In this document: positions 42,012 to 51,412 of the stretch, in pieces
Layout: each line of letters begins with the position of its first letter
Numbering within the stretch: the first letter of the stretch is position 1
Source: a virus
Virus record (IMG/VR): IMGVR_UViG_3300043639_000022
Coordinates: 1 to 53,966 of that record
Reading direction: 5' to 3' (one strand)
Length of the DNA: 53,966 nucleotides
Notes under the pieces: model-generated
The model's input: only the letters and a program-made list of their open reading frames with translations
Told to the model about the DNA's origin: nothing
Databases searched by the model: none
Program-made: the position numbers and the translations under genes

Positions 42012-44114
42012 TTATTGTGCGCGACGAATCTTGAGTTCCACTCCGATCACGTCGAGCGATGCGCTCAAAGTGTCGGAACCATCATTGCCATCTCGGAATA
42101 GTTTCAGGTGGAGAAACTCACCCGCGGCACAGCCCGTCACGGTCAAACTTGTTATCGTGCTGGTTTGTAGTCGGCTTCCTGTACCTGGAGCCGCCGTGGT
42201 CGCTGTGCTCGCAGTATTGAATGCAGTGTCGTCCGTTTCCGTGGCTCCTACAGCCGTGCAGATAGTTGACAGAGAGAACTTGGCATTGCCTGAAGTGGCA
42301 GCGGTTTTCCAAATGATCTTCGCGTCGACGGTTCCGGTCCAGTCATCCGGTAAGAGCGTCGAGTTCTGAGCACTAAAGCCGCCTGACGTGTCGGCAAATT
42401 GTAAGACACCCTTCTGCGTGTTTGAACCTGTCACACAAGCAGCAACTGCCGGCGTAGATGTTGGGAGATCCCAAAACGATGCCGCCGTCGCATTGTTACA
42501 GCCAGCTCCAGCGAACCAGATGTTATGAACGGTCGTGAGTACGTTTCCGGTCGACTCAACGTTGAGCGTCTTATTAGTTAGAGTCTCGCTACTTGACGGA
42601 CTAACGAAGTCCGTTCCTGCCGTAGCCGCAGAGATAGCCGACGTACCGTTGCCTTTGAGAACTCCGGTGAGTGTCGCCGCGCCCGTACCGCCATTAGCTA
42701 CACTTATCGCTCCTGAGATGCCGTTAAGGAATACTTCTCGATAGGCAGTCCCGTCGTAGAAGAAGACTCTATTACTTGAGGCGTTCGTGTTTCGGTAGAA
42801 AGTTCCAGTGACAGGAGAACCAGGCATCGAGCCGTCTGACGCGCCGTAATCGCCACCAACGAGCTTTAGAGTGCCGTCAGTGAAGGACTTCAGACCTGTA
42901 ACAGACTCAGCACCACCAAGCGTCATTAAGTCGGCATCCGAGACCGCTGTATTGAGTTGCGCGATCGTGCTGGTAACTGTGTTACTTCCGAGTGAGATGG
43001 TTTTATTCGAGAACGAGTTCGAACTGGAGATTGTTGGCACAGCCACGCTACCAATCGTCACGCCGGTAGTGAAGTCGGGAGACGTGCCGAACACTAATGC
43101 ACCCGTACCTGTTTCACCTGTAACCGCAGAGGCGAGATTGGATGATGACGGTGTGGCTAGAAATGTTCCCACGCCAGTACCGAATCCGGTAATGCCTGTC
43201 GATACTGGAAGCCCTGTGGCGTTCGTTAGCGTCACCGCTGACGGAGTACCAAGATCGGGAGTCGTTAAAGCTGGAGATGTAGCGAACACCAACAGCCCGC
43301 TGCCCGTCTCATTCGTCACCGTTGACGCAAGATTTGCGCTTGTTGGTGTGACAAGAAACGTTCCCATCCCCGTTCCGAATCCAGTGATACCCGTGCTCAC
43401 AGGAAGTCCAGTGCCGTTAGTTAAAACGACCGCTGAAGGCGTACCGAGTGCTGGAGTGGTGAACGTCGGAGAAGTAGCAAAGACCAGCAAGCCTGATCCT
43501 GTTTCGTTGGAGACGACTCCTGCTAACTGCGCTGATGTCGTGGTCGCAAACTGCGAAAGAGGACTAGAGGTAAGCGCGTCACCACCGCCAGGAATCGACT
43601 GCCACGAGTTGTCGTCCCTGAGAAACTTTGAACCGTTTGGCGTTCCAGTAGGATCGTCATACTTGGCATCGAGCGCAGTCTGCAAATCGGTTTGAGCCGA
43701 AAGAGTGCCGGTAATTGATCCCCACGGTAACGCGCCCGCAATACCGGTATTTCCTATCAGGTAATTGCTGCCGTTAGAAATCACCCTCGCGCTCTGCCCT
43801 GTAGTGAGAGCTAGAGTCGACGCGCCACCAATAGTCGACGTGGTAGGCGTAATCGTGACCGTGCCGGCCCCGATGTTCTTAATGTCCACAAACCAATCAG
43901 AGGGGAAGTTTGGGCTGATAGCTCGCGGAATGGAGACCGCTACGGATGCAGCGTTGGAGAGTGTCACCAACTTACCCGCGTCGGAACTGACAACCGTGTA
44001 CGTCGTACCCGTCTGTGACTTCACGATCTGACGGTTAGCGCGTATCGGAGTCTGTCCCTGTGCCGCGAAAGGAACACTCAACAGAAGAAAGATTAGGAAA
44101 ATTCTAGCTAACAT
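42012..44114 (-). CDS. Tail fibre-like protein with N-terminal signal-like sequence and 65-aa tandem repeats
   Basis: MLARIFLIFLLLSVPFAAQG/QTP. Fibre motif LPWGSITGTLSAQTDLQTALDAK. Repeats NETGSGLLVFATSP..TTP.LGTPSAV.LTN.TGLPVSTGITGFGTG. Confidence 0.6.
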   Translation of the reverse strand: MLARIFLIFLLLSVPFAAQGQTPIRANRQIVKSQTGTTYTVVSSDAGKLVTLSNAASVAVSIPRAISPNFPSDWFVDIKNIGAGTVTITPTTSTIGGASTLALTTGQSARVISNGSNYLIGNTGIAGALPWGSITGTLSAQTDLQTALDAKYDDPTGTPNGSKFLRDDNSWQSIPGGGDALTSSPLSQFATTTSAQLAGVVSNETGSGLLVFATSPTFTTPALGTPSAVVLTNGTGLPVSTGITGFGTGMGTFLVTPTSANLASTVTNETGSGLLVFATSPALTTPDLGTPSAVTLTNATGLPVSTGITGFGTGVGTFLATPSSSNLASAVTGETGTGALVFGTSPDFTTGVTIGSVAVPTISSSNSFSNKTISLGSNTVTSTIAQLNTAVSDADLMTLGGAESVTGLKSFTDGTLKLVGGDYGASDGSMPGSPVTGTFYRNTNASSNRVFFYDGTAYREVFLNGISGAISVANGGTGAATLTGVLKGNGTSAISAATAGTDFVSPSSSETLTNKTLNVESTGNVLTTVHNIWFAGAGCNNATAASFWDLPTSTPAVAACVTGSNTQKGVLQFADTSGGFSAQNSTLLPDDWTGTVDAKIIWKTAATSGNAKFSLSTICTAVGATETDDTAFNTASTATTAAPGTGSRLQTSTITSLTVTGCAAGEFLHLKLFRDGNDGSDTLSASLDVIGVELKIRRAQ
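43050..43535 (-). repeat. About 2.5 tandem copies of a 195-nt (65-aa) coding repeat in the fibre gene
   Basis: Units start at aa 194, 259 and 324 of the 700-aa protein and are near-identical. Confidence 0.75.
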
Positions 44115-45213
44115 AGCTTACCCTCAAATAGTCTCCCGTTTCAGGGATGGTGATCATGGTTATGGTTGCGCCTGAGATCGTGTAGTCGGTCAAGTCAGTC
44201 AGTAACCAACCGTTAAGAAAGACTTCTTCACTGCCGTCCGTAGGTGTTGCCGCCAGAACAAAGGTCGCATTCGATCCGTCAACTGAGCCTGTAGGCGTTT
44301 CGTTGACTACGCGATCGGTTACGTCGGTCTCATAGCTGACAACGAAAGTATCCCCTGTTTGCGGGATTAAGATTTGCGTCAGAGTTGAGCCTGAGAGTGT
44401 GTAGTCAACCGTCGAAGCTAGAAGCTGACCGTTAAGAAACACTTCAGCGGAATTAACGACTGGAGTGCCACCGAGAGCGAATGAGGCGTTCGATCCGTCT
44501 ATCGATCCTGACGGTGTTTCTCTAACGATCCGGCTTGACGTTCCCGTCTCATAACTGACAACTAAAGAATCGCCTGTATGGGCGACGACAATTAACGTGA
44601 TGGTCGAACCGGAGATCGTGTAATCAACATCAGCGGTGAGTAGTTGACCGTTAAGAAATACTTCCTCTGAGTCTGAAGTTGGAGCGTCATCCAGGACAAA
44701 CGTTGCGTTGCTGCCGTCGATACTGCCGGAAGGAATCTCGCGCACCACGCGCCCGTCAGTTGTGCCAGTACCACCGCCGCCGATTGATGCGATGTCGAGA
44801 ATGCCCGCAGACGGACTTGATACCGTCATCGTTGCTGAATCGAAGTTGAACGTCGTGTAAAGACCTGGTAGCGCAACGCCATCGACTGTGACCGTCACTC
44901 CCGAAGTCGGAGCGGAGACAGCCGCGCCTAAAGACTCAAGAGTCGCTGTGGCAGTAGCGGGAATGTCAACAGGAACGCCGGATGTGGGCGAGAAGCTCGC
45001 TGATCCGATAAAGAACTGACCTTGTAGCCAGACGCGAGCGTTCTGAGGAAGGTTAAAACTTACGAGACCGTTAGCGTCTGATGTGTCGAGAGTGACTTGC
45101 TTGAATTGGATTACCGCTGACGAAAGGGTTGTTCTGACGGCGTAAATCTTGACGTGCGGGATAGGGACACCCTGCACATTTTTCACCGTTCCAGTAATCA
45201 GACAATCAGCCAT
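44104..45213 (-). CDS. Tail fibre / receptor-binding protein with three 73-aa tandem repeats
   Basis: Likely start MADCLITGTVKNVQG. Repeats R.V.E.P.GS.DGSNA.F.L...P....EVFLNG.LL...DYT.SG.T.T......TGD...VSY. Confidence 0.55.
   Translation of the reverse strand: MADCLITGTVKNVQGVPIPHVKIYAVRTTLSSAVIQFKQVTLDTSDANGLVSFNLPQNARVWLQGQFFIGSASFSPTSGVPVDIPATATATLESLGAAVSAPTSGVTVTVDGVALPGLYTTFNFDSATMTVSSPSAGILDIASIGGGGTGTTDGRVVREIPSGSIDGSNATFVLDDAPTSDSEEVFLNGQLLTADVDYTISGSTITLIVVAHTGDSLVVSYETGTSSRIVRETPSGSIDGSNASFALGGTPVVNSAEVFLNGQLLASTVDYTLSGSTLTQILIPQTGDTFVVSYETDVTDRVVNETPTGSVDGSNATFVLAATPTDGSEEVFLNGWLLTDLTDYTISGATITMITIPETGDYLRVSYVS
44107..44751 (-). repeat. Three tandem 219-nt (73-aa) coding repeats
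   Basis: aa 162-234, 235-307 and 308-376 align by eye. Confidence 0.75.
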
Positions 45214-45287
45214 GTAAAACACCTTCCGCAGCACACTGTTTTAGTGCGGAAGGAGAATGGCACAGACTTGATCTTTAAGTTTTGGGC

Positions 45288-45317
45288 TTGAGGATTCGGA
45301 CGGAGTGGGCGTAATAT
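45288..45317 (+). promoter_or_regulatory. Moron promoter candidate TTGAGG-18-TAATAT
   Basis: ttgagg (45288-45293), 18-nt spacer, taatat (45312-45317). A structured leader of about 120 nt follows, then AAGGAG before the ATG at 45449. Confidence 0.3.
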
Positions 45318-45448
45318 GTGGGCATTGAAGCGGGTCGCCCGACTGCGGAAACAGTCAGAACGACCCTAACCCTTAACGCTACGATAGGAAGCGCAAAAGG
45401 CTGCTCGCATAATAAGCAAGCCTCCGCTCCCACTCAAGGAGACTTCTC

Positions 45449-45985
45449 ATGATCGCCTTACTTCTCACTGCTTTCGTTTCTATTACTCCAACTCTTTTAG
45501 ATCGCTCCGACTACGACGTTCGGCAGATATGGCCGACTCGAACAATCACCCAAGAGCACATCGTTAATGGTGGATATATCGAGAGCCTTTCCACGCTCGC
45601 GCCTAACCATTTTCCTGAGTGCGGCATCCTGGATAACAATGTTGCGGAGTATTACAGCTACGAGGACGAGACTGGATGGGCGTTCGTTCCCCGCTGGCGC
45701 ATCAGTGCCATCGTTTCCCGTGACCGAGGACTGCTAATCTTCGGCAACAACAACGAGATCATCTACGAGCAACACCAACCGTATACAGAGTTCTTCGCTC
45801 GCGTGAAGATGGAAGTAAAAGGCGACGAGTTGTGGGTCTATCTGAACGGTGAATTGATGGACGTGTCAAAGCATCCTGGCTTGCAGTTCAGAGACCTTCG
45901 AGGGTGGTTCTACGACAGCGTGATTCTGCCGAGCATGGGCTATCCGGTGAGGCAAACAAAGAACGGTGTTCACCTGACGGACTAG
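45449..45985 (+). CDS. Opposite-strand moron: protein with hydrophobic N-terminus, unknown function
   Basis: MIALLLTAFVSITPTLL... with AAGGAG RBS. Embedded antisense in the minus-strand tail-fibre block. Confidence 0.5.
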   Translation: MIALLLTAFVSITPTLLDRSDYDVRQIWPTRTITQEHIVNGGYIESLSTLAPNHFPECGILDNNVAEYYSYEDETGWAFVPRWRISAIVSRDRGLLIFGNNNEIIYEQHQPYTEFFARVKMEVKGDELWVYLNGELMDVSKHPGLQFRDLRGWFYDSVILPSMGYPVRQTKNGVHLTD

Positions 45986-47325
45986 ATCGTATACTTCGTT
46001 CTCAGATACCCTTCGACTCTTTGACGATTCACCGTCGAGAGCGCACCTTCATAGACGAGAACTTCGGCGATATCTCCATCAAACGGCAGAGAGTCGTCAT
46101 ACGCCGAGCCTAGTGTATAGCCGGTGAGCACCTGTGAACCCGCCGCACCTGAAGCAACAGAAGTCCCATTCTTGTAGATCGCGCTCGATCCCGCATTGAA
46201 TACCGCGCTCAGAACCACAAAGCTAGTACCTACATCTGTCGCGCTGTTGAGGCTGGTTCCCGCGTTGATGACCAACACTCCATCTGTGACATTAGAGAAG
46301 ACCAGTTGGCGATTTGACCCCCCGATACCGTCAAACCATATCTGGCTAGCAGTAGCGTTATCATGCTTGCCAACTATGAAGACCGTACATTGTTGAGCAA
46401 GCGCGGCGAAACTTGCGCTTCGTAGAAAATCATTTGACCCATCGAATCGAACAATCGGTCTATGGTTCTGAATGTCTCTCTTGTAGATCGGCTGTTTGCT
46501 TCCGGTCGCCTGAACCAGATCATAACTACCATAACCGTCGAGCCATTCACTCACCGCCTCACCGTCTCTTAATCTCAAGGCGTCAGCCATGAACACGCTC
46601 CTCAGTCCGGTGATGGAAGAAGGGTCGAAATAGTCGATCTTATACTTCGCCATCAATGCCCGTCTGATCGTGTACGCGTTATCGGTCGAGAGTGTACCGT
46701 CAAAGTAGAGAGCCTCTGCGATGTAACCAACCCACGGAGCCGAGAAATCGTAGGCCGCACCCATCGTTATTCCAGTGAGAGTTTGCGATCCGGTATTACC
46801 TGAGATTTGGTAAATGTCATTCAACCGAATCGTGGACGTGGTGGTATTAAACACTACTTCCAGAAGAAACCAATCCAACCCAACATCGTGGAGACCGGTC
46901 AAGTTCGTCCCTGAACTAGCGATCGGAGCACCACTAGGAAATGCTGTGGCGACTAACATTCGATTGCTCGCCCCAATACCATCTACGAGGAACCGACCAG
47001 TAGACCCAGAGGGACTACTAGCTACCAGATAGACGGTTACTGGATGAGCGCGAGCACCGAATGCCGCTGTAGCTAGATAGTCATTTGAACCATCGAATAA
47101 GAGTGCTGCCCGACCATTCGCGGCACTGATTTTGAATAGTGGCTTGTTGGCTCCTGTCGCTTGTGTAAGGTGGTAGCCATTACCAGATTGATCCGTGAAC
47201 GTACCTACCGCATCACCGTCAGCAAAGGACTCTTGTGAGGCGTCGTACCAGGCGCGGAGAGTACCGAGCGTCGAAGGACGATACGCGGAGAAAAGCTCTG
47301 TTGTGAAACCTATTCCATCAGCCAT
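45982..47325 (-). CDS. Tail fibre / RBP with two tandem LamG-like domains
   Basis: Two units of about 215 aa, each L R...DG.AV....D.SG.G..L.QATG...P........R....FDGSND.L....F...... ending G.IAE.L.Y.G.LS.....R......KY.I. Confidence 0.6.
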   Translation of the reverse strand: MADGIGFTTELFSAYRPSTLGTLRAWYDASQESFADGDAVGTFTDQSGNGYHLTQATGANKPLFKISAANGRAALLFDGSNDYLATAAFGARAHPVTVYLVASSPSGSTGRFLVDGIGASNRMLVATAFPSGAPIASSGTNLTGLHDVGLDWFLLEVVFNTTTSTIRLNDIYQISGNTGSQTLTGITMGAAYDFSAPWVGYIAEALYFDGTLSTDNAYTIRRALMAKYKIDYFDPSSITGLRSVFMADALRLRDGEAVSEWLDGYGSYDLVQATGSKQPIYKRDIQNHRPIVRFDGSNDFLRSASFAALAQQCTVFIVGKHDNATASQIWFDGIGGSNRQLVFSNVTDGVLVINAGTSLNSATDVGTSFVVLSAVFNAGSSAIYKNGTSVASGAAGSQVLTGYTLGSAYDDSLPFDGDIAEVLVYEGALSTVNRQRVEGYLRTKYTI

Positions 47326-50300
47326 TAGATATCCACCGGATTACCGATTCCTTCGTAACGAGCTTTCTGATAGATGCGGAGAAACAGAACTGATTGATTA
47401 ACTCCGAAGTCTTCAATCTGTTGCGAGCTTGAGTAGATCGTTGTTGGAAACAGATCGCCACCTGCCACGATGTTGTCGATGAGAAACGGTCCGATAGAAG
47501 CCTGAACGAGAAACATCTTCAAGCGTAGAGGGAAAGGGAACCCGCCTGACTGTGCTGGAATGATTACCAGTGGAACGTCGCCTCTGCCTGGTTGATAGTC
47601 AGAGTAAATTCGATACTCAGTGCCAGCCAATAGAATGGTGTAGCGCGTGGTCTGTCCGTCTGAGTCCCACGCGAACGTGCGAGTCGAACCTACCTGAACG
47701 CCGTAGTTGTAAATCTTTTCCTCGATATTCGCCGCATCAGGTGACGACCATTCAATGAACACGGGACAGTCTGCCGTCACCATCGACCGCGCCAGCGTGT
47801 CAAAAACATCATCGTGATCCAGCCCCGCAGTTGCGAGAGTTCCCGTACTTGTCAATCCATCAGTATCAACTCTGAAAGTGAAGTCGTAACGAGTAAACGT
47901 AGCTTGCAGGTCTTCGATTGTTTGCGCGGTTGCAGCACCTACGCCTGAACTCAGATTGTTCTTATCAGCGTGAGACGAGATGATATTAACCACATCAGCG
48001 TCAGCGTCGTATGTGGTGTCGCCCGTTGAATCCAACAGACAAGCATGGGTCGTGCCTTCGGTCACAGGCAGCGAGCGCATTAGATCCGCAGATGGATTAG
48101 TTCGGTCGTGACTGCGCCATATTTCAACAACGTACTGAGCGGGAATCTCACTAGACCGTGGACGCCCGACGAACTTAATCAGCGCATCGTTGGAAGCATC
48201 AAACGCAACGGATATGTTTGTAACTTTGCGCGGCCTGAGATTTCCGCCTAACCAGGCAAAGTTGAACGAGGCGGCATCTCCAAGTGACTGACCGACTGCC
48301 ACGGAGCGGAAGGTTAGCGAGTCGCGCAGTTCGTCTAGCCCTGCGTCGATAAACTTGATCGCATTGTCGAGCAGGACAAATCTTGTGTCCGTCAGATCGG
48401 GAGCGTTCCATAGTTCTTCTGTTTCAGTTAGACCACTCAACAGCCCTGTCAATTCCCAGCGGTTAGCGTAGTCCGTCAACTGAGTCGCTGTAGTGAATCC
48501 GAATATCGACTGATCGACAATCGCTCGATTCTCGCCGTCTCGCATTGCGTCTTCAGACACAGACGACAGAGTTGCGGTCGTGCCGTACAGGTCAACCGTG
48601 ATCTTCCCAACGCTGTCCAGTGTGTCGGAATCAACAGCCAGAGCAGTTGAGCTAACTACCTTGCCAATTGTGGCGGGAAGGTTTGAAGATCCCCGTAACG
48701 ACCAAACACTGTTTCGCTGAGACTGAAGCGTCCACCCTGCGAATGTTTGACCTACTGCCGTTCGTGGTGTGCCACCTGCATACCATCCGATCCGGTCTTG
48801 ATCTGCATCCCTGAATTGCGGAATGTCCAGCACCGTAGCAATGATCATCGCGGGGATTGGCTGTGGTGGAATGTATCCAGGCGGGAAGACGCCGTTAGCT
48901 GGCTGATCAAATATCTCAGGTTCGAGTGCGAAGCCTTCACACGTCAACAGACCAATTCCGCCCTCGATAGAACTCAACCTTAGTACGTGCGTAAAGCCCT
49001 CTGCGCGAGTGACTGTGACTTTGTAACCAGGGTGCAGATAAAGATACTTCCACGGCAGGGTGAACCGGTGAACTGTTCCCGCTACATAATCTCGATAAAG
49101 TTTCCGCTGTGCCGTCGCTCTGCGCTCGTCTGACAACTGAGCAATGTTGATTTCTACTAACTCAACTGTTGAGCCATCGGTAATCTGCCGCATTGCGCTT
49201 TGCGTGTTCGCATCCCAATCGTTATCAGGGTCGAGGGATTTAACGTGGACATCTCGCGCAAGGTCTTTTTCAGCGACTAAGATGGAATCAATTTCAGGTA
49301 GTACATCAGGCAGATCCCCATCGCCTTCCAACCAACCGATTTCAGTGTCAGGAATCGTGATTGACGGTTCATCACCTTCTGGAAAGCCAACCAGTTGACC
49401 CTCGACCTCAGTAACGAAGAAGTTACCTGCCAACTGAATGTCTGGACTGCCGATAATTTCAGCCGGCGCGTAAGGGCGACCGCTAACCAGTAATCCACGA
49501 CACGCAATGTCAAGATCAGTGAAATCGTAATCACCATTCGCCGTTAGTACTCCAACACGCTCACACATCGAAGCAAATATCTCGCCCCATGTATCGAGTG
49601 TCTGGTGTTCCCAAACTGCGGTGATGTTCGGGACCGTGCCACCCCAGCGGGACATGTCCAGCGTGTTGTGAACTACGAGCGCGTGATTCTTGTAGGCAGG
49701 AGTTGATCCGGTTCCGTATTTCGCGTCGACGTCAGACTCGATAGTTGGATCCGGTTGTTGGTCGTCGTTGCCTGGATAGATAGCGAAGCCAGAACTACCA
49801 CCTTGAACTGTTCCTGTCCCTACTCCGTCACCATCAACCGCAATGTCTCCGTCAACCCGATCGAAAGAGTCTCTATAGTTCAGCGTTGGGTCTGGAGGTT
49901 CGAGTGGATCGTAGTCGTCATCTGCTCCTACGCCCGAGTCGTGTACGCCTGAAGGGTTAGCAGACTGTGTGAACTGATCAATCAGAATGTCCGCATTGCC
50001 GTACTCACGGATCAAGTCAAGCGGCCCACGGGCGAACAATAGACCGAGATCAATGTTGTATGAGACGTTATCAACTGTCTGTGAGTGGCCGCCAAACCCC
50101 TTACCGCCCTGCGTCGGAACCTGTGAAGTCGTAATAACTTTGCGAATACCCGAACTCCACACGATGATGGCCGGAACCTTAATCCCGCCTCGTCCCTGAT
50201 TCGGAGCGTCACCGATTGAGCTAATCTGCACCTTGCCATTAGAGATCCCCGCACCGGACGAGTACATCGTTAAGCCCATGTAGAGAGGGAAAGTTGCTGA

Positions 50301-51026
50301 GACAGCCGTTGTGACGAGTAACTCCGCACTGTTCTTATAGAGTCTGAACCTGCCTTCTCGATACTCGATTCTCAGCACGTCAGTGTTAGACCAAACAGAA
50401 ACCTTTTCACCAACGTCGTTGACGACTGACAGTAAGGAACCATCCGGTCCCCAACTAAGACCGAACAGACATCCTGAATGAACTGTTGACCCCGTAGGAC
50501 TCGCCGTTGTGTAAAAGCCGCAGGTAGCCCACCCCGTTGACGGTATCACCTGAATGAAGGCGTCCTGAGTCGCAGTAAACGATGTGTTGTGGGTTGCGCC
50601 TGCGTTATAGGTATTCGCAGTTCCAGATGTTTTAGTTATAGAACCGTTCGCGCCGCCTGTCGTGTTCGTGAGGTTCTGGTAAGTCGGATTAGATCCCGCA
50701 ACCAGACTGATTGCTGGTCCCTTGCCGTAAATCTCAGGGATCATTATCCCTTGTTCAGAGTTCTGAAGCTGGAGCGTTCCTGACAGTTCACCGAGTCGTC
50801 GTCGTGGAGGTTTAGGCGCAAGAGCTGCGCTAATCGTATAGGACGCAGCGGCTAGAGCGACCGAGATGGCGACCGAGATCGCAATGGAGACCGGATCGTG
50901 AATAACGCCTTGCTCAAGAGACGCTTCTATCTCAGCCCGTTTCCGCGCTTTCGTCTCTTCCCATTCTTCTTTGATCCAACTGATCACTCTTTGATTCTCC
51001 AGATCGAGTGAACCCGCTTCCGCCAA
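47325..51026 (-). CDS. Host-specificity / central tail-tip protein (RcGTA g15 'megatron'-like, lambda J-class)
   Basis: 1233 aa directly after the NlpC/P60 gene. N-terminal hydrophobic ISVAISVALAAASYTISAALAPKPP. Start uncertain (43-nt overlap). Confidence 0.65.
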   Translation of the reverse strand: MAEAGSLDLENQRVISWIKEEWEETKARKRAEIEASLEQGVIHDPVSIAISVAISVALAAASYTISAALAPKPPRRRLGELSGTLQLQNSEQGIMIPEIYGKGPAISLVAGSNPTYQNLTNTTGGANGSITKTSGTANTYNAGATHNTSFTATQDAFIQVIPSTGWATCGFYTTASPTGSTVHSGCLFGLSWGPDGSLLSVVNDVGEKVSVWSNTDVLRIEYREGRFRLYKNSAELLVTTAVSATFPLYMGLTMYSSGAGISNGKVQISSIGDAPNQGRGGIKVPAIIVWSSGIRKVITTSQVPTQGGKGFGGHSQTVDNVSYNIDLGLLFARGPLDLIREYGNADILIDQFTQSANPSGVHDSGVGADDDYDPLEPPDPTLNYRDSFDRVDGDIAVDGDGVGTGTVQGGSSGFAIYPGNDDQQPDPTIESDVDAKYGTGSTPAYKNHALVVHNTLDMSRWGGTVPNITAVWEHQTLDTWGEIFASMCERVGVLTANGDYDFTDLDIACRGLLVSGRPYAPAEIIGSPDIQLAGNFFVTEVEGQLVGFPEGDEPSITIPDTEIGWLEGDGDLPDVLPEIDSILVAEKDLARDVHVKSLDPDNDWDANTQSAMRQITDGSTVELVEINIAQLSDERRATAQRKLYRDYVAGTVHRFTLPWKYLYLHPGYKVTVTRAEGFTHVLRLSSIEGGIGLLTCEGFALEPEIFDQPANGVFPPGYIPPQPIPAMIIATVLDIPQFRDADQDRIGWYAGGTPRTAVGQTFAGWTLQSQRNSVWSLRGSSNLPATIGKVVSSTALAVDSDTLDSVGKITVDLYGTTATLSSVSEDAMRDGENRAIVDQSIFGFTTATQLTDYANRWELTGLLSGLTETEELWNAPDLTDTRFVLLDNAIKFIDAGLDELRDSLTFRSVAVGQSLGDAASFNFAWLGGNLRPRKVTNISVAFDASNDALIKFVGRPRSSEIPAQYVVEIWRSHDRTNPSADLMRSLPVTEGTTHACLLDSTGDTTYDADADVVNIISSHADKNNLSSGVGAATAQTIEDLQATFTRYDFTFRVDTDGLTSTGTLATAGLDHDDVFDTLARSMVTADCPVFIEWSSPDAANIEEKIYNYGVQVGSTRTFAWDSDGQTTRYTILLAGTEYRIYSDYQPGRGDVPLVIIPAQSGGFPFPLRLKMFLVQASIGPFLIDNIVAGGDLFPTTIYSSSQQIEDFGVNQSVLFLRIYQKARYEGIGNPVDI

Positions 51027-51412
51027 TGGTCGTTAATGCGATGCTCTCTCACGCCGTGCTGAGACGCGTGGACGATAAATGTAGTCTTGGGTGTGATGTC
51101 TGACACGAAAACCAGGTGACGTGGAATCTCAGGTTTGGCGCAAGCCTCATCGCACAAGGCTAGAACATCACCAACCTGCATCTCTTCGACCATCTCCATG
51201 TGCTCAGTCAGTAGACGAAGCATGATCTGCCCGTCTTCGTGAGGTCGATAGTCACGAGGGATACTGAGATCCTTAACGCCTGCATCTTTAGCGACAGATG
51301 CAATGAAGTTTACGCAGTCGACACCAACATTCTTGATGTTTCCCTGATGCTGAAAGCGCGTACCCTTCCAAGTTCGCGCCTCTTCGATTAGCCGTTGTGC
51401 GAGTGTGCTCAT
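50984..51412 (-). CDS. NlpC/P60 cell-wall peptidase (tail-associated)
   Basis: ARTWKGTRFQHQGNIKNVGVDCVNFI with catalytic Cys context and downstream His residues. Confidence 0.75.
   Translation of the reverse strand: MSTLAQRLIEEARTWKGTRFQHQGNIKNVGVDCVNFIASVAKDAGVKDLSIPRDYRPHEDGQIMLRLLTEHMEMVEEMQVGDVLALCDEACAKPEIPRHLVFVSDITPKTTFIVHASQHGVREHRINDHWRKRVHSIWRIKE

Noticed and set aside
42871-43695. 274-aa plus-strand ORF inside the fibre gene
   Set aside because: It mirrors the tandem repeats of the minus-strand fibre gene, and its Val/Pro-rich composition is typical of the antisense of Thr/Gly-rich coding. The minus frame is long, continuous and carries fibre motifs.
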